Positions 55,234 through 63,782 of a stretch of DNA of 64,000 nt are shown here, in pieces. The notes below the pieces were generated by a model. It did no database searches and was not told the DNA's origin. It saw only the letters and a list, made by a program, of their open reading frames with translations. Position numbers and translations under genes: made by a program. Position 1 is the stretch's first letter. Each line of letters begins with the position of its first letter. The stretch is from a virus (lineage: Duplodnaviria > Caudoviricetes): IMG/VR virus record IMGVR_UViG_3300043468_001158, one strand, 5' to 3'.

Positions 55234-55431
55234 ATGCAAGACGATTTATCAATTTTTCTAAATGCTGCTTCTAAAAAAGACTATCGTATAGATTTCAAAC
55301 TTTCTTCAGAAGAAGCCCCAGTACCTGCTCCTGTTGTAGTTCCTGAACCAGTTGTAGTTCCTGAACCAGTTGTAGTTCCAGCTCCAGTTGTAGTTCCTGA
55401 ACCTGAAGTAATTATTCCGGAAGCAGTATAA
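55234..55431 (+). CDS. Small Pro/Val/Glu-repeat late protein
   Basis: AAGGAG RBS; (PVVVP[EA])x4. Confidence 0.7.
   Translation: MQDDLSIFLNAASKKDYRIDFKLSSEEAPVPAPVVVPEPVVVPEPVVVPAPVVVPEPEVIIPEAV
55330..55401 (+). repeat. Four 18-bp tandem repeats
   Basis: ccWgttgtagttcc(tgaa/agct) x4. Confidence 0.85.
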
Positions 55432-55442
55432 TATTATAAAGC

Positions 55443-55473
55443 AATATGAGAGTTATAACCTAACTCTCATATT
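55443..55473 (+). terminator. Terminator-like hairpin
   Basis: Perfect 13-bp stem aatatgagagtta/taactctcatatt, 5-nt loop. Confidence 0.55.
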
Positions 55474-55482
55474 CTATTACTC

Positions 55483-55490
55483 AATAAATA
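55483..55490 (+). promoter_or_regulatory. Late-type promoter AATAAATA
   Basis: Upstream of 55536 and 55772. Confidence 0.45.
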
Positions 55491-55535
55491 GTTTATCTTT
55501 ATCATAAACTAAAATACAAGCAAGAGAGTAATAGT

Positions 55536-55751
55536 ATGAGACTAAATCAATTATCGTCTGACAATATTGAACTACCAACTGAAAATATTTTATTTGAGCG
55601 TAATCCTCTAAATATCCCAGTTGAAGACATTGACATTAGAAAACCTTTAGGTATATCTGATGAAAGATGGACTGAAGAATTTATAGAAGATCTTAAAGAA
55701 ATGAAAATATCTCGTCCAGATTTGTTTAGAAAAATAATGCTAGGACTTTAA
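55536..55751 (+). CDS. Small late hypothetical protein
   Basis: MRLNQL...ILFE N-terminus. Confidence 0.6.
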   Translation: MRLNQLSSDNIELPTENILFERNPLNIPVEDIDIRKPLGISDERWTEEFIEDLKEMKISRPDLFRKIMLGL

Positions 55752-55771
55752 CTACAGGGAGTTAAACCAAA

Positions 55772-58636
55772 ATGAAGTTCTCACACCTCACACCTAAAAA
55801 ATCTTCTACTGACACCGTCGATATGACTATATTGGAAATGGCAGCACCAAGAAAAAACAAAAGTGTTCAACCCGGTGGAAATGCTTTGGGTAATGGACCT
55901 GAAGCGGTTTCTGAAAAAATTCCAGAGTTCAAACCGAAAAGTTCATCACTTGAACAAACTGTTGAATTGTTTGAAGACATTCTCGAAAACATGGCAAATA
56001 AGCGTGACTTTAAACAGTACGCTGGTATGCTTTTGACCGGTGACCCAGGAACAGGTAAAACACAACGTATTAACTTACTTGCAAAAGTATTAGGTATTGA
56101 CCTTATTACTGTTGAAGCACCACATATTGTTGAAGAACATATTATCAATATTCCATTTATTGTTTTTGATACTTCAAAAAATAAAGAAACTGCTGAATCT
56201 ACTTCACTGAAACGATCAAAAGATAAAGAAAATAATTTATATAAAGTAGTATTAGCTGATAGCAATTTATATACTGCATTGAAAAAAGTTAATATTGTTT
56301 CAGATAATGAACATTTGAAAAATATATACAAAAACTCTAAAGATGTAATTGCGACATATGAAGCTTTAGGTGGAACTCCAACTGAATTACCAGAAGAGAT
56401 TTCAGATATTCGTAAACAATTCAAGGTTATTCTTTTTCTTGATGAATATTTTCGTCAAAATTCTCCGCGTATTAAAAATATGTTACGTGGCATTCTAAAT
56501 GGTAAGATTGGTAATCATGACATCCCAAAAAGTGCTTATGTTGTTTACGCTTCTAATATGCATGACGAAGGTCTTTCAGAAATACAAAAGAACTTCCAGT
56601 TTGAAAATGTTGAAATTAAAAACCCATCAAAAGACGAATGGTTTACTTGGTTAGTCAATAAGTTTGAAGATGATAAACACATTAGATTGAAACCTGCTTT
56701 AATCAATAGATTTCATCATATTTTAGATGATGAAGACATGAGCCATAACGATATTGCGTCTGATGTTAGAACTTCGCCACGTCGTTGGGAACAGTTATTA
56801 CTTTATATCAATGCATCGCTTCCGGCAAAAGATGAAAAAGATGCAATTAATTTGATGACAAACGTTAAAACTAATTTTAGAAATTATCTTGAAGGTGATC
56901 ATTCAAGTTTAGCTAAAAAAGTTCTTGAAGCTACAGCAACTTTGATACATGAAACTTCTGGATTTGAAGTTTCAGCTACAGCTCAAAACTCTGCATCTGA
57001 TTGGCGAAATACCTTAAAACATCAAATTGAAACCAAGATGAAACTTGGTGATATGCGTAAGTATGTTCCTATTATTGCTGGTCTTCCAGGTATCGGTAAA
57101 ACTGCACAAGCATATGATTTGGCTAAAGAATTAGATCTTCGCTTTATTGACCTTGATTGTTCAACACTTACTTCTGAAGATGTTTCAGGTTTACCATTAC
57201 CATCTTCAAATGAAGATGATCCAGATGGCATTGAAACAATTTTTTCAATGCCATCTTTATATCAGCTATTGATGCAAAAAATCAAGGAAGAAGATAAAAA
57301 GTATTTGAAGAAACTAGAAAAAGAATTTCCAAAAGATTTTAATGAAAAGAAAAAAGAATATGAATCTAGACAATATAAATATCTTATTTTCTTTGACGAG
57401 TTGAATAGAAATTCTCCAAAAGTATTCAACGGCATTAGACGAGTATTGCTTGAAAAGAACTTTGGACCAAGTGATAAAGGAAACGGAAAATTATTAGAAC
57501 TTCCATCTTCTGCTATTATGCTAGGTGCTATTAACCCTGATGATACTGGAGCTGAACGTCTTACTAAACATATGCAAGATGTTCTTGATATCATGGATGC
57601 AAAAAGTTCTTGGAAAGATACTTTAAGTTATTTATCTCATGAGAAAAACGAAATACCAGATGCGCCTAAAGAAATACATCAATTGTCTTTAGCAATTGTT
57701 AAATTATTGGCTAACAAATTTGAAACTAAATCGCCAGAAGTTGCGGCAGATCATCGTCCGTTCTTTTGGGACCTTGGAAAACATGGTGAAGGTCAAGAAA
57801 TTTATATTTCGCCGCGTGAATATAATCAGTTATATGTTGGTATGGGGAGATCTATTAATCGACAAATGAATAAGATTAAAAAACTTGATCTTAATTCGAT
57901 GAAGCAAGAAGAATTGATGCAATTAGAAGGTAAAGTACGTGCAAAGATTTTTAAAGCAATAAAGAAAAATACCAAATTTATTTTGTTTAAACATAACGCA
58001 GTTGAAGATTTCTTCTATCATGATTTAGAAGCATATATTATGCATAGTGATGATATTGATTTAGGTGAAAATTTCTTTTATAGAAAAGCAGTCAATGTTA
58101 AAGAAATTTCATTAGACAAAGTAATCGGAAAATATTTAGAAGGTGGTTCAGATAAAATAGCTGAAAATGATTCGTTTTTAGTTTATTTGCAAAATGCTGA
58201 CATTCAAACACTTAGAGAAAATTTAGCAGACGTACTTACTAGTAAAATTGATAATGATGCATCAGTAAAGAAATTTATCTTTGATCATGACCACCCTGTA
58301 CTAAGACTTGCTGTTAATGATAAACTGTTTACTAAAAAAGATTTGAGTAACGATGTACTTCCCAACGGGATTATATTAGATGAGTCTAAAAAAGTATCTT
58401 TACTTGAAAACTTTTTTAGAGGTGTTGCGTTTTCATTACAGATACATTCGATTGCGAACGATAGGATTAATGTCATATTGATCGCCGCATTAGATGCAGC
58501 TGGAGTTATCCACAAAAACTTCAAGACTGATCAAGAGGAAGAAGATGGCATTGAAAGTGAAATATCTAAGTTGCAAATCATGGCATCTAAAATCACAAAA
58601 CGTCTTGCAAAATCTGATGAATTGCCAGATGCATAA
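55772..58636 (+). CDS. Tandem (two-module) AAA+ ATPase, MoxR/dynein-like
   Basis: Walker A GDPGTGKT with Walker B LFLDEY; second Walker A GLPGIGKT with Walker B IFFDELNR; SPRRWE and SPREY sensor-II-like motifs. Confidence 0.85.
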   Translation: MKFSHLTPKKSSTDTVDMTILEMAAPRKNKSVQPGGNALGNGPEAVSEKIPEFKPKSSSLEQTVELFEDILENMANKRDFKQYAGMLLTGDPGTGKTQRINLLAKVLGIDLITVEAPHIVEEHIINIPFIVFDTSKNKETAESTSLKRSKDKENNLYKVVLADSNLYTALKKVNIVSDNEHLKNIYKNSKDVIATYEALGGTPTELPEEISDIRKQFKVILFLDEYFRQNSPRIKNMLRGILNGKIGNHDIPKSAYVVYASNMHDEGLSEIQKNFQFENVEIKNPSKDEWFTWLVNKFEDDKHIRLKPALINRFHHILDDEDMSHNDIASDVRTSPRRWEQLLLYINASLPAKDEKDAINLMTNVKTNFRNYLEGDHSSLAKKVLEATATLIHETSGFEVSATAQNSASDWRNTLKHQIETKMKLGDMRKYVPIIAGLPGIGKTAQAYDLAKELDLRFIDLDCSTLTSEDVSGLPLPSSNEDDPDGIETIFSMPSLYQLLMQKIKEEDKKYLKKLEKEFPKDFNEKKKEYESRQYKYLIFFDELNRNSPKVFNGIRRVLLEKNFGPSDKGNGKLLELPSSAIMLGAINPDDTGAERLTKHMQDVLDIMDAKSSWKDTLSYLSHEKNEIPDAPKEIHQLSLAIVKLLANKFETKSPEVAADHRPFFWDLGKHGEGQEIYISPREYNQLYVGMGRSINRQMNKIKKLDLNSMKQEELMQLEGKVRAKIFKAIKKNTKFILFKHNAVEDFFYHDLEAYIMHSDDIDLGENFFYRKAVNVKEISLDKVIGKYLEGGSDKIAENDSFLVYLQNADIQTLRENLADVLTSKIDNDASVKKFIFDHDHPVLRLAVNDKLFTKKDLSNDVLPNGIILDESKKVSLLENFFRGVAFSLQIHSIANDRINVILIAALDAAGVIHKNFKTDQEEEDGIESEISKLQIMASKITKRLAKSDELPDA

Positions 58637-58652
58637 AAAATTGTAAAAGTTG

Positions 58653-58681
58653 TTTACATTTGCCCTACATTAGAGTATAAT
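58653..58681 (+). promoter_or_regulatory. sigma70-type early promoter
   Basis: TTTACA-N17-TATAAT. Confidence 0.75.
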
Positions 58682-58715
58682 AAAATCATATTCTAACATG
58701 TAGGGTAAATGTCAA

Positions 58716-59369
58716 ATGTTGAACTCGATGAATAACGTTGGTGGCTACTCCCAAAAAGATAAACAAATACAAGACGAACGTGAAAGAGTTCATCGTTTCA
58801 TTGCAACACGAGCACTAAGAACTGACAAACGTGAACTAACAGTTGATAGTTATGGTTTTGTCAATCTGAATGTAGTAGAATTTACAGTTGAAAAAGAACT
58901 GACTACTGGAGATATTGACCATCGTAAGTTAGGTTTTCACTTTGGTGCAGTTCGTAACATCTCCTTTAAAAGATTAGGATTAGACTCGCTTTATGCTTTT
59001 CCATACTTAGCTAATATGGTCGATGCTAGCGAGAACAACATCTCATCTATCAATGAATTGCCAATGTGCAAATACAAGACATTGAACCTTTCAAAAAATC
59101 CAATCACTTCTCTACACGGTATTGCAGGTAAGCTAACCGAATGTACACTCCTCGCAATTCCTGACACTGTCAGAAGTCATATCTTAGGTCTGCTAAAAGT
59201 CAAAGGTTTGAAAACTGTTGTAACAACAGAGTTTCTTACGAAAGATAAAGTTGAATTATTTCTAATGCTAAAAATTGTCAATAAGCATTTATCTTCTAAA
59301 AACCCTAACATGATTGATTGCCAACGAGAACTAATTGAAAATGATTTAGATGAATACGCTGAAATGTGA
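58716..59369 (+). CDS. Leucine-rich-repeat protein, paralogue A
   Basis: VDASENNISSINELP, LNLSKNPITSLHGI; C-terminus CQRELIENDLDEYAE. Confidence 0.75.
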   Translation: MLNSMNNVGGYSQKDKQIQDERERVHRFIATRALRTDKRELTVDSYGFVNLNVVEFTVEKELTTGDIDHRKLGFHFGAVRNISFKRLGLDSLYAFPYLANMVDASENNISSINELPMCKYKTLNLSKNPITSLHGIAGKLTECTLLAIPDTVRSHILGLLKVKGLKTVVTTEFLTKDKVELFLMLKIVNKHLSSKNPNMIDCQRELIENDLDEYAEM

Positions 59370-59433
59370 AGTTCTTCACAACATGAACCATACTTCGTAT
59401 GGTATAATATACCTATAATTTGATAAAGGAGTA

Positions 59434-59670
59434 ATGACGATGTACGTACCGGAAAGAGTTTATAATCACTTGCCAGAGTTTTGGTTAGGTTGTGCAATTG
59501 CATCAATCTTCATTGGGGTAAATGCAATTCTTGGCAGTTTGATGTTTGCTGCAATTTGTGGAACTATATTGACCATGCGTGGTAAGTGGCATATGGCTTT
59601 CTTGTTGCTTACATTCTATTTTGTGTTTTTAATGCTAGTTGCTGCTTCTCCAAAGATTGGTATTTGGTAA
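59434..59670 (+). CDS. Small multi-TM membrane protein
   Basis: Hydrophobic; AAGGAG RBS. Confidence 0.7.
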   Translation: MTMYVPERVYNHLPEFWLGCAIASIFIGVNAILGSLMFAAICGTILTMRGKWHMAFLLLTFYFVFLMLVAASPKIGIW

Positions 59671-59674
59671 GGAA

Positions 59675-60253
59675 ATGAAAGCTTCTGAAATTGAAAGACT
59701 GATTGGGGAATCTGGCTTAGCACCCTTTCTTTCTCTCAATTCAAACGGTCGAGTTGATTGTGAAAAAGTAGATTTGAAATTTTCATCTATCAATTGGCGA
59801 TATTTAGTAGAAGATAATGAGCTAAAGTTCCCATTTGGTATAGTTGTCGGTTTTGATGTTTCTAATTGTAATTTGAAGTCAATGAAGAACTTTCCACTTG
59901 AATGTTGTGGTGATTTTAGAGCAAGACATAATGAATTGACTTCGATTAAAGGTATTCCTCCACGAGCTCAAATGATTGATTTACGATACAATCCAATCAC
60001 TTCATTTGAAGGTATCGGAACTAAGGTCAAATCATGCAAATCATTGTGGATGCCTGCAATTGAATCTCATATGCTTGGTGTTCTACAAATCAAAGACTTA
60101 CGAAGTTTATACCTTCAAACTATTGATATGTCAATGGATACTTATAGAGCATTTCAAATTGTTCTAAAGTATATTGACCCTAAAAATCGAAACATTGTAC
60201 AGTGTCAACGAGAACTAATTGAAAATGATTTGGACGAGTACGCTGAATTCTAA
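59675..60253 (+). CDS. Leucine-rich-repeat protein, paralogue B
   Basis: FDVSNCNLKSMKNFP, FRARHNELTSIKGIP, IDLRYNPITSFEGI; same C-terminus as 58716. Confidence 0.75.
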   Translation: MKASEIERLIGESGLAPFLSLNSNGRVDCEKVDLKFSSINWRYLVEDNELKFPFGIVVGFDVSNCNLKSMKNFPLECCGDFRARHNELTSIKGIPPRAQMIDLRYNPITSFEGIGTKVKSCKSLWMPAIESHMLGVLQIKDLRSLYLQTIDMSMDTYRAFQIVLKYIDPKNRNIVQCQRELIENDLDEYAEF

Positions 60254-61947
60254 GAAGCCATGTATTGGTCTAATTGTTGTTCTGACGGACCAGATTTTCT
60301 GAAATGATGAAGAAAACCTGAACCACCGGGAGTTCCTTTCCTCATACCTTCTTGACCTTGACCATGTGACATATACATGAACTCTGCACGGGTTAAAGAT
60401 GAGTACCCTTGAGTATATGCATTATTACAAACTTGTCCTTTATTAGCACCGGCGATAGTTCCATTTGCATGAAAACTATCGTAACCTTTACCTTCATACT
60501 TTACCATTCTTAACATTGCTTTAGTAGCAAGTTCAACATTGCATCGTTGTTCACACGTAGGCGAAGCTATTCCTATTTCAGCATAAAATTTCCCAGCCGT
60601 TGCAGGCTGCATTTGAAATAAACCAAGAGCATGTGATTCAGGGTTTTTCTTATGCGCATCAGCATACTGGTTATAGGTACTTTCTAAGAATGCAATCTTA
60701 ACCATGTAGCGTGCTTCTTCTTGTGTTGCTCCGTTTGCTAAAGCTACGTCTTTGATTTGTTTTGCTATTTGATTTTGCGGAGGTGGAGTCCATCCTGGTG
60801 GCATACAATCACCACCCGGCATTACTCTTCCCGGTTTTACCCCAACAACCTTATCTTCAGCATTAGCGGGTTCAGTCAATAGTGGAATTGGCTTACAGTC
60901 TTCAGCTGCCTGAACTTTTTCTTGGGTAATACCTTTGTCTGTGTTCTGAACAGTTTGCACATTTGTAGGTGGAACGTTAGGGTCTGTTGCTCCTTGTTCT
61001 GCTCCAGCTGCAATTTTGATTTTGCCATTGATATACTTCATTGGGTCATCATGAGTAGTACCACCAAGTTTTACTTCAAAGTGTAAATGATTTCCGCGTG
61101 AAGCTCCAGTATTACCTTCATGGCCAATTACATCGCCTGCTTTTACAGTTTGGTCTTTTTCAACATATATTTCCCTAAGATGACCGTATAGAGTTGTTGC
61201 CAATAATTTGCCTGATGAATTGACATGCTTTATCAATATCATATTACCATAACTTTTATCGTTGGGCGCACGTGGTTTAACGACCTGCTGAACAACACCA
61301 TCAGCAGCAGCTAGGATTTTACCTTTACCACCGGTTGCTAAATCAACCCCTTTATGAAACTGTCTTTCGTGTGTGTCTCCTCTAATTCGCCACCCATAAC
61401 CTGATGTCATTACTGCACTGGGATTAGGATGTATCAATCGAAGGTCATCATCGTTACACTTCTTTGGTACTATCTGATATGTCTTCTCATCAATGGTGTT
61501 CTTGTTGGGGTCACTTGCTACAATTTCCAGCTCTGGAATATCCGCTTGTGCTCGTGCTTTGAGTGTTGCAGTAAAAGTCTTCTTTTCAAACTCGTCTTTG
61601 ACGGTTCCGCTCAAATGACCGGTTGAGTTATCATAAGTTAGACCTAAGTCAGCTGGAGTTTTGACATTACCTTGTTCATCTTTGATAACAAAGTCCCAAG
61701 TAACTGGGTGACTGCCATCAGACATTTTGAACGTCGTATCAACTTTCATCTTACAATCAACTGGAATTGAACCTGTAACGATGTGATCTTTTGGCGCAGT
61801 TGAGCCAGGTTCTGGTTGGGGAGGCTGTGGTCCTATACGTTTGACAAAGCATTCATCAGTCTCACCTTTGAGCTGAATTGCCGGAACATCAGTCCATTCT
61901 CCATCTACATTTTCTGAAGCTTTAGCTCCTGAGCACCCACATCCCAT
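60250..61947 (-). CDS. Peptidoglycan hydrolase: Ig-like domain + M23 peptidase + SLT lytic transglycosylase
   Basis: GLTYDNSTGHLSGTV (Ig-like); HKGVD...HLHFE (M23); AFLES...ALGLFQMQ (SLT). Confidence 0.85.
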   Translation of the reverse strand: MGCGCSGAKASENVDGEWTDVPAIQLKGETDECFVKRIGPQPPQPEPGSTAPKDHIVTGSIPVDCKMKVDTTFKMSDGSHPVTWDFVIKDEQGNVKTPADLGLTYDNSTGHLSGTVKDEFEKKTFTATLKARAQADIPELEIVASDPNKNTIDEKTYQIVPKKCNDDDLRLIHPNPSAVMTSGYGWRIRGDTHERQFHKGVDLATGGKGKILAAADGVVQQVVKPRAPNDKSYGNMILIKHVNSSGKLLATTLYGHLREIYVEKDQTVKAGDVIGHEGNTGASRGNHLHFEVKLGGTTHDDPMKYINGKIKIAAGAEQGATDPNVPPTNVQTVQNTDKGITQEKVQAAEDCKPIPLLTEPANAEDKVVGVKPGRVMPGGDCMPPGWTPPPQNQIAKQIKDVALANGATQEEARYMVKIAFLESTYNQYADAHKKNPESHALGLFQMQPATAGKFYAEIGIASPTCEQRCNVELATKAMLRMVKYEGKGYDSFHANGTIAGANKGQVCNNAYTQGYSSLTRAEFMYMSHGQGQEGMRKGTPGGSGFLHHFRKSGPSEQQLDQYMAS

Positions 61948-62237
61948 TATTCATGTACCTCATTTGACCATTTGATGATTGCATTTAGTTGTTCTTCAAG
62001 TCGAAGTGTTCTTTCTTCAGACTTCAATATCCATTCAGCTACATCACGTTGAGTAGCTCTATTCACATTTAGTGGCATCACTGGAGTTGGCATAAGAAGA
62101 AGTTCAGCTGGCGGTTTGACCACAACTCGTTCGACTTTGACAACAGTCTTAACTTCACCAGGAACAAGAACACTTTCGTTTGAACCGTTAGAAGCACAAC
62201 CGCTCAATGCTAAAGCAAGCAATAGAAAGTATTTCAT
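61947..62237 (-). CDS. o-spanin lipoprotein (Rz1-like)
   Basis: MKYFLLLALALSG-C lipobox, Pro-rich KPPAELL..PTP, downstream of the i-spanin. Confidence 0.8.
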   Translation of the reverse strand: MKYFLLLALALSGCASNGSNESVLVPGEVKTVVKVERVVVKPPAELLLMPTPVMPLNVNRATQRDVAEWILKSEERTLRLEEQLNAIIKWSNEVHE

Positions 62238-62725
62238 TTGACACCTCTTGATTGACGTAATGCCTGAACTTGTCTAACAGTTTCACGAAGAACTGGAGCA
62301 ACTTCTCCATCTTCAAGATGTGATACTTGATTACCTATCTTAGATAAAGCATTTGCATTAGCTCTCATTTGAGCATTGAAGCCTTCTACTAATTGAACTA
62401 CTTGTTCTCTGTCTCGTTGAAGCTGTTCATAGATAGCTTGATTTTCCTGATTGAGCTTGATAAGGTCGTTTGTCTGGTCAATCAATCTTTTGGATTGTTC
62501 CTGAACTTCAACGATTTGACTTTGAGCTTTAGCAACTTCTTCAGCTGCTTGCTTGTTCTTGTGGTTTAGATAGAGGATGTATCCACCAGCTCCTGTTAGA
62601 GCTGCAGCAAGAACTGCGATTGTCCAGCCTCGTTTGACGATGCCAGTGCCTGCAGTCCAGTAAAGTTTGATAGCATCCCATGATTGGCGAAAGTAGCCAA
62701 CAGCTTTTTCTTGTGCTTTGTCCAT
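62234..62725 (-). CDS. i-spanin (Rz-like)
   Basis: Single N-terminal TM followed by a periplasmic coiled coil. Confidence 0.8.
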   Translation of the reverse strand: MDKAQEKAVGYFRQSWDAIKLYWTAGTGIVKRGWTIAVLAAALTGAGGYILYLNHKNKQAAEEVAKAQSQIVEVQEQSKRLIDQTNDLIKLNQENQAIYEQLQRDREQVVQLVEGFNAQMRANANALSKIGNQVSHLEDGEVAPVLRETVRQVQALRQSRGVK

Positions 62726-62739
62726 ATAGTGTTATGATG

Positions 62740-63285
62740 TTATGGTTGAATGATACAGCGATATTGAACTCCATATTCTTGAACAAGAACTCGTTCAAGT
62801 TCTGCTGGGTTCAGACCAGTTTCGGTGATGTCCATGCCACCCATCTTCCAAACTTTTGCTGCAAGTTCTGAACAGAATTCGCCAGTAGCAAGTACAATGT
62901 TTGGAAGTTTCAAGTACTGTCTAACACCTGAAATGAATGCTCTTACGTAACTGTATTCTGCAGTTCCAACTCGTTCAACAAGAGAACCGGAAAACAGTCC
63001 GAACTTTACATGCTCAGGTTTTGCAAGAACATGTAATGGGTGCTTTTGATAGACTGAAAGAGGTGTGATGCGACGAGTAGCATCATAAGCTTCTACAACA
63101 AAAAGTCTCTTTTCACCATGTCCAGTGGATAACCAAATGGCTATGCAGGTATGATAGATAGGAGACTTAGACCAAGTTGTAATTAGCTTTTGAAGTAAAG
63201 ATGTTTTGTCTTCACGACGGAGAACCGAAATAATGTCTCCATCTTGTATGAGAGTTCTTGCTTGTTCATATGATATTGGAGTCAT
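62740..63285 (-). CDS. Permuted papain-like amidase (YaeF/YiiX family)
   Basis: GDII...YHTCIA...VVEA...YSY...FCSEL (His before Cys). Confidence 0.85.
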   Translation of the reverse strand: MTPISYEQARTLIQDGDIISVLRREDKTSLLQKLITTWSKSPIYHTCIAIWLSTGHGEKRLFVVEAYDATRRITPLSVYQKHPLHVLAKPEHVKFGLFSGSLVERVGTAEYSYVRAFISGVRQYLKLPNIVLATGEFCSELAAKVWKMGGMDITETGLNPAELERVLVQEYGVQYRCIIQP

Positions 63286-63304
63286 TTGATGTTATCCTTA
63301 GTTG

Positions 63305-63538
63305 TTATGCGATGCGAGCTTTTCCTGTTTGAGGAGTTGACCAACTGACAACAACGGTGTTAGCATCAGTGCAAACAACACTATAAGGGATAACGGTTTC
63401 AAGGTTTCCATCTACATAAACCATTGCATCAACTGCAACAGGATTCTTGTTCAAGTTATGAACAATTGTCCAAGTATCACTTGCAGTATTCTGCACATGA
63501 GCTAAACTTAATATACCAGGTTGAGGAACAAATACCAT
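63305..63538 (-). CDS. Small virion beta-domain protein
   Basis: HVQ..ASDTWTIVHNL..NP...P..V...N.V...S.P..G.A. Confidence 0.75.
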   Translation of the reverse strand: MVFVPQPGILSLAHVQNTASDTWTIVHNLNKNPVAVDAMVYVDGNLETVIPYSVVCTDANTVVVSWSTPQTGKARIA

Positions 63539-63543
63539 GTTGA

Positions 63544-63777
63544 TTATCCTACCAGGTGTGCTTTACCTGAAAACGGTTGCGAGAAAAAGATTTTGACACG
63601 ACTATTAGTAATGCGTTCAATTGACATTGGTAACATCTTTTCAAGAGTTCCGTTATTGTCAATCATTACATCAACTATTGGTGCAAAATCCATCTTATAG
63701 TCAATATCCCACTCTGTACTTGGAGTTGTCTGCGTGTGGGTATATTCTTTTGCCAATTTAAGAGTATAAGTTCCCAT
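63544..63777 (-). CDS. Small virion beta-domain protein (paralogue)
   Basis: HTQTTPSTEWDI...P..I...V...FS.PFSGKA. Confidence 0.75.
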   Translation of the reverse strand: MGTYTLKLAKEYTHTQTTPSTEWDIDYKMDFAPIVDVMIDNNGTLEKMLPMSIERITNSRVKIFFSQPFSGKAHLVG

Positions 63778-63782
63778 AGAAA

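Noticed and set aside
55330-55401. Tandem repeats (also 27625-28191) as a CRISPR array
   Set aside because: They are in-frame coding repeats with no unique spacers, and there are no cas genes.
47999-56424. Longer antisense ORFs (47999-48451, 53111-53515, 53857-54276, 55867-56424; similarly 34792-35196, 11859-12347)
   Set aside because: They lie opposite well-supported genes, have no RBS or motifs, and are expected from codon bias.
59319-60253. Near-identical 3' ends of the LRR genes as a DGR template/variable repeat pair
   Set aside because: The differences are synonymous and not adenine-specific (c/t and t/c as well as a/g), and there is no reverse transcriptase in the window.
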